DNA of 64,000 nucleotides from Vitrella brassicaformis CCMP3155 (lineage: Eukaryota; Protista; Chromerida), in assembly GCA_001179505.1 (NCBI GenBank), contig CDMY01000791.1, positions 186,001-250,000 on the forward strand, in the 5' to 3' direction. The notes beneath the pieces are model-generated. The model was not told the origin of the DNA. It saw nothing but the letters and a program-made list of their open reading frames with translations, and made no database searches. The translations under genes were made by a program, and so were the position numbers. Shown here piece by piece: positions 62,273 to 64,000 of the stretch; position 1 is the stretch's first letter; every line of letters starts with the position of its first letter.

Positions 62273-64000
62273 ATGAGCAGCCCTCAGCAGCGGTGCTGGG
62301 AGTGCTCTCCGACAGGGCGTTTCGTCGATGGCGTCCGCCGCCGCTCTCTTCGCTCCAAGGAAATGCTTCAGCTTCTATCGGCCGGAGCCGACCCCAACGC
62401 GCCGGTCGTTCGGGAGAGTCACTTCTCGCGGTCAGCTGGCAGCGAGGGCGGCTTTGCAGCCGTCGTCGAGGTGTTTGCGTGGAAGGCCGGAAGCCGCCTG
62501 GCGCCCCCACTGGTGGATGCGCTCATCCCGGCGCCGACCTCTCGTTTCTCTGCCGCCGATTCCCGCGACCAAAGCCGAGGCGGCGCGACCGCGTTGCTTC
62601 CTTCAGCCGGGACACGGACACCCTCTACGAGGCATGCCGCCACCATGACGTCATCGAGGGCGCCATTGACCGTGCAGTCGAGCGGCTGGACCACCACATG
62701 GTCCGCCAGGTGATGGCCATGAGCGACATATCGTCTGTGTCGCTGCGGCCGAGCTGGGCGACACTCATGGCGACGGCGATGCAGGTGTCCGCCAATCAGC
62801 GGTACGACGGCCCCCAAGCCGCTGCGGTGCGTCAAATCGCCGAGGCGTTCCTTCCCCCGTCAGCCCCTTCCTCTCCACCCGCCCCCCCTGCCGCTGAGGT
62901 CCGCTGCCGAGAGGAGCGTCGGTGGGTCTGTTCGTCTCTGTCCAGGTCGCTGAGTCGCCACCGGGTCCACCTGTACAGTGGTGACGACTGCAGGGGTGCG
63001 GACCACGTGCTGGTCTCAGCGGCTCGCTATGGCGACGTGGCGCTTTTCCAGCTGGTGATGGACAGGGGAGGGCGGCACGAGTGTGAGCTTGGGCAGATGC
63101 TGAGGGCTGTGGGTGGCGTGGTGGAGGTCACTTTGAGGACTTTGGCCAAGGAGGCGATTCACGCCGGATCGACGGCCATAGTTCGCCATCTGGTGCTGCA
63201 CGAGGGGGCCGAGCTGCCGGCCTCGATCATCACAGCGAAGTTCCCATCCGCGGCCCCCACCCGCCAAGAGACCAGCAGCCTCACCGAGGCCATTCGTCTG
63301 GGGGGCGACATGGCCGTGCTGTGGCCAGAGGCAGTCAGGTGGGATCGCATCACTTCCTCCAAGCAGAGGAGACAACAGCTCCGATTGGTCTACCAGGGCT
63401 ATCTGAATCAGGTTGGTGGGCTGGCTCACGGAGGGAGGGAGGCAGTGAAGGGATGGTCCCCTCCCTTGATCCGATCGATCCGTCTCTGATTTCCTCTCAG
63501 GTGTCTGTTTGTGTGGAGCGAAGGGCCAAGGCGGCCCTGACAACGCTCTCCTGCCTCTATACGGCCGCCCACAGCCATCCGGTCCTCTCAGCCGACGCTC
63601 AGTCCGCCCCCACACTCGGCCCGCTGCTCATCCAGCAGCCCCCCCGCCACCTCCACTTCCCCACATCCACGCCATTCGGCCGCCGCATCGCCATCGCTCT
63701 CAACCACGCTGTCAATTCAGTGGCCATGGGCAGCACGGAGGGCTCGGACCATCAGCAGGGTGCCGCAGCCACATGGAGCATCACTCACCAGCTGAGTCGG
63801 CCGCTGTTTGTGATAGCTGGGGTGGATGGCCGGCGTCTGTCGCTCTATGACGTCATCGAGAAAGCCAGGCGAGACGAGGCGGCCAAACACGGCCTGACAA
63901 TCGACGAGAGGGCCGGCAGCGACACGGCTTTCGATTGGGCGGACGTGGGCTTCATCGAGGACCGCCGATTCGTGTCGCTGCGTCTCGACAGAGCCGTCAT
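62273..64000 (+). pseudogene. Ankyrin-like lineage-specific family member with about 2 frameshifts; runs off window
   Basis: LLSAGADPNA, LI/GADLSF (frame switch about 62530), VSAARYGDVALFQLV, YQGYLNQV|intron, second switch about 63630, YDVIEKARRDEAAKHGLTID. Confidence 0.55.

Noticed and set aside
1-64000. Many long overlapping or antisense ORFs in the six-frame track
   Set aside because: High GC and (CA)n/(CAGA)n/(CCAT)n repeats produce stop-poor frames (THTHT, TDRQTDRQ, VCVCV, GWMDGWM); they are shadows of real exons or introns.
27500-64000. Autonomous transposable element or endogenous virus as the cause of the duplications
   Set aside because: No reverse transcriptase, DDE transposase, tyrosine recombinase, Rep/Helitron or capsid motifs recognised; no LTRs or TIRs seen.
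1-64000. CRISPR array, tRNA or rRNA genes
   Set aside because: No regularly spaced repeats with unique spacers, cloverleaf structures or conserved rRNA segments were seen.

Overview
Intron-rich, GC-rich eukaryotic genomic DNA with five 300-N scaffold gaps. It most resembles a photosynthetic chromerid alveolate such as Vitrella; this is inferred from microsatellite-filled short introns, a signal+Phe+transit-peptide plastid protein, a PAN/Apple secreted protein and the flagellar gene enkurin. Bases 1 to ~27.5 kb hold nine compact genes in strictly alternating orientation: a coiled-coil protein, a PAN protein, enkurin, a V-ATPase-G-like protein, a dsRBD-containing UPF1-like helicase, a 2-TM protein, a PsbQ-like+KOW protein, RPL15 and a PX/coiled-coil protein. 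Bases ~27.5 to 64 kb are a mosaic of lineage-specific paralogous modules, frameshifted copies, segmental duplications and probable assembly redundancy. No rRNA, tRNA, CRISPR array, reverse transcriptase or transposase was recognised. The most interesting signals are (1) a triple-dsRBD SF1B helicase with an organelle-like presequence, (2) an 8-mer AGCTCGCA recurring upstream of start codons, and (3) combinatorial shuffling of protein modules in the right half. Exon boundaries were placed by hand from GT-AG sites and frame continuity and are approximate.
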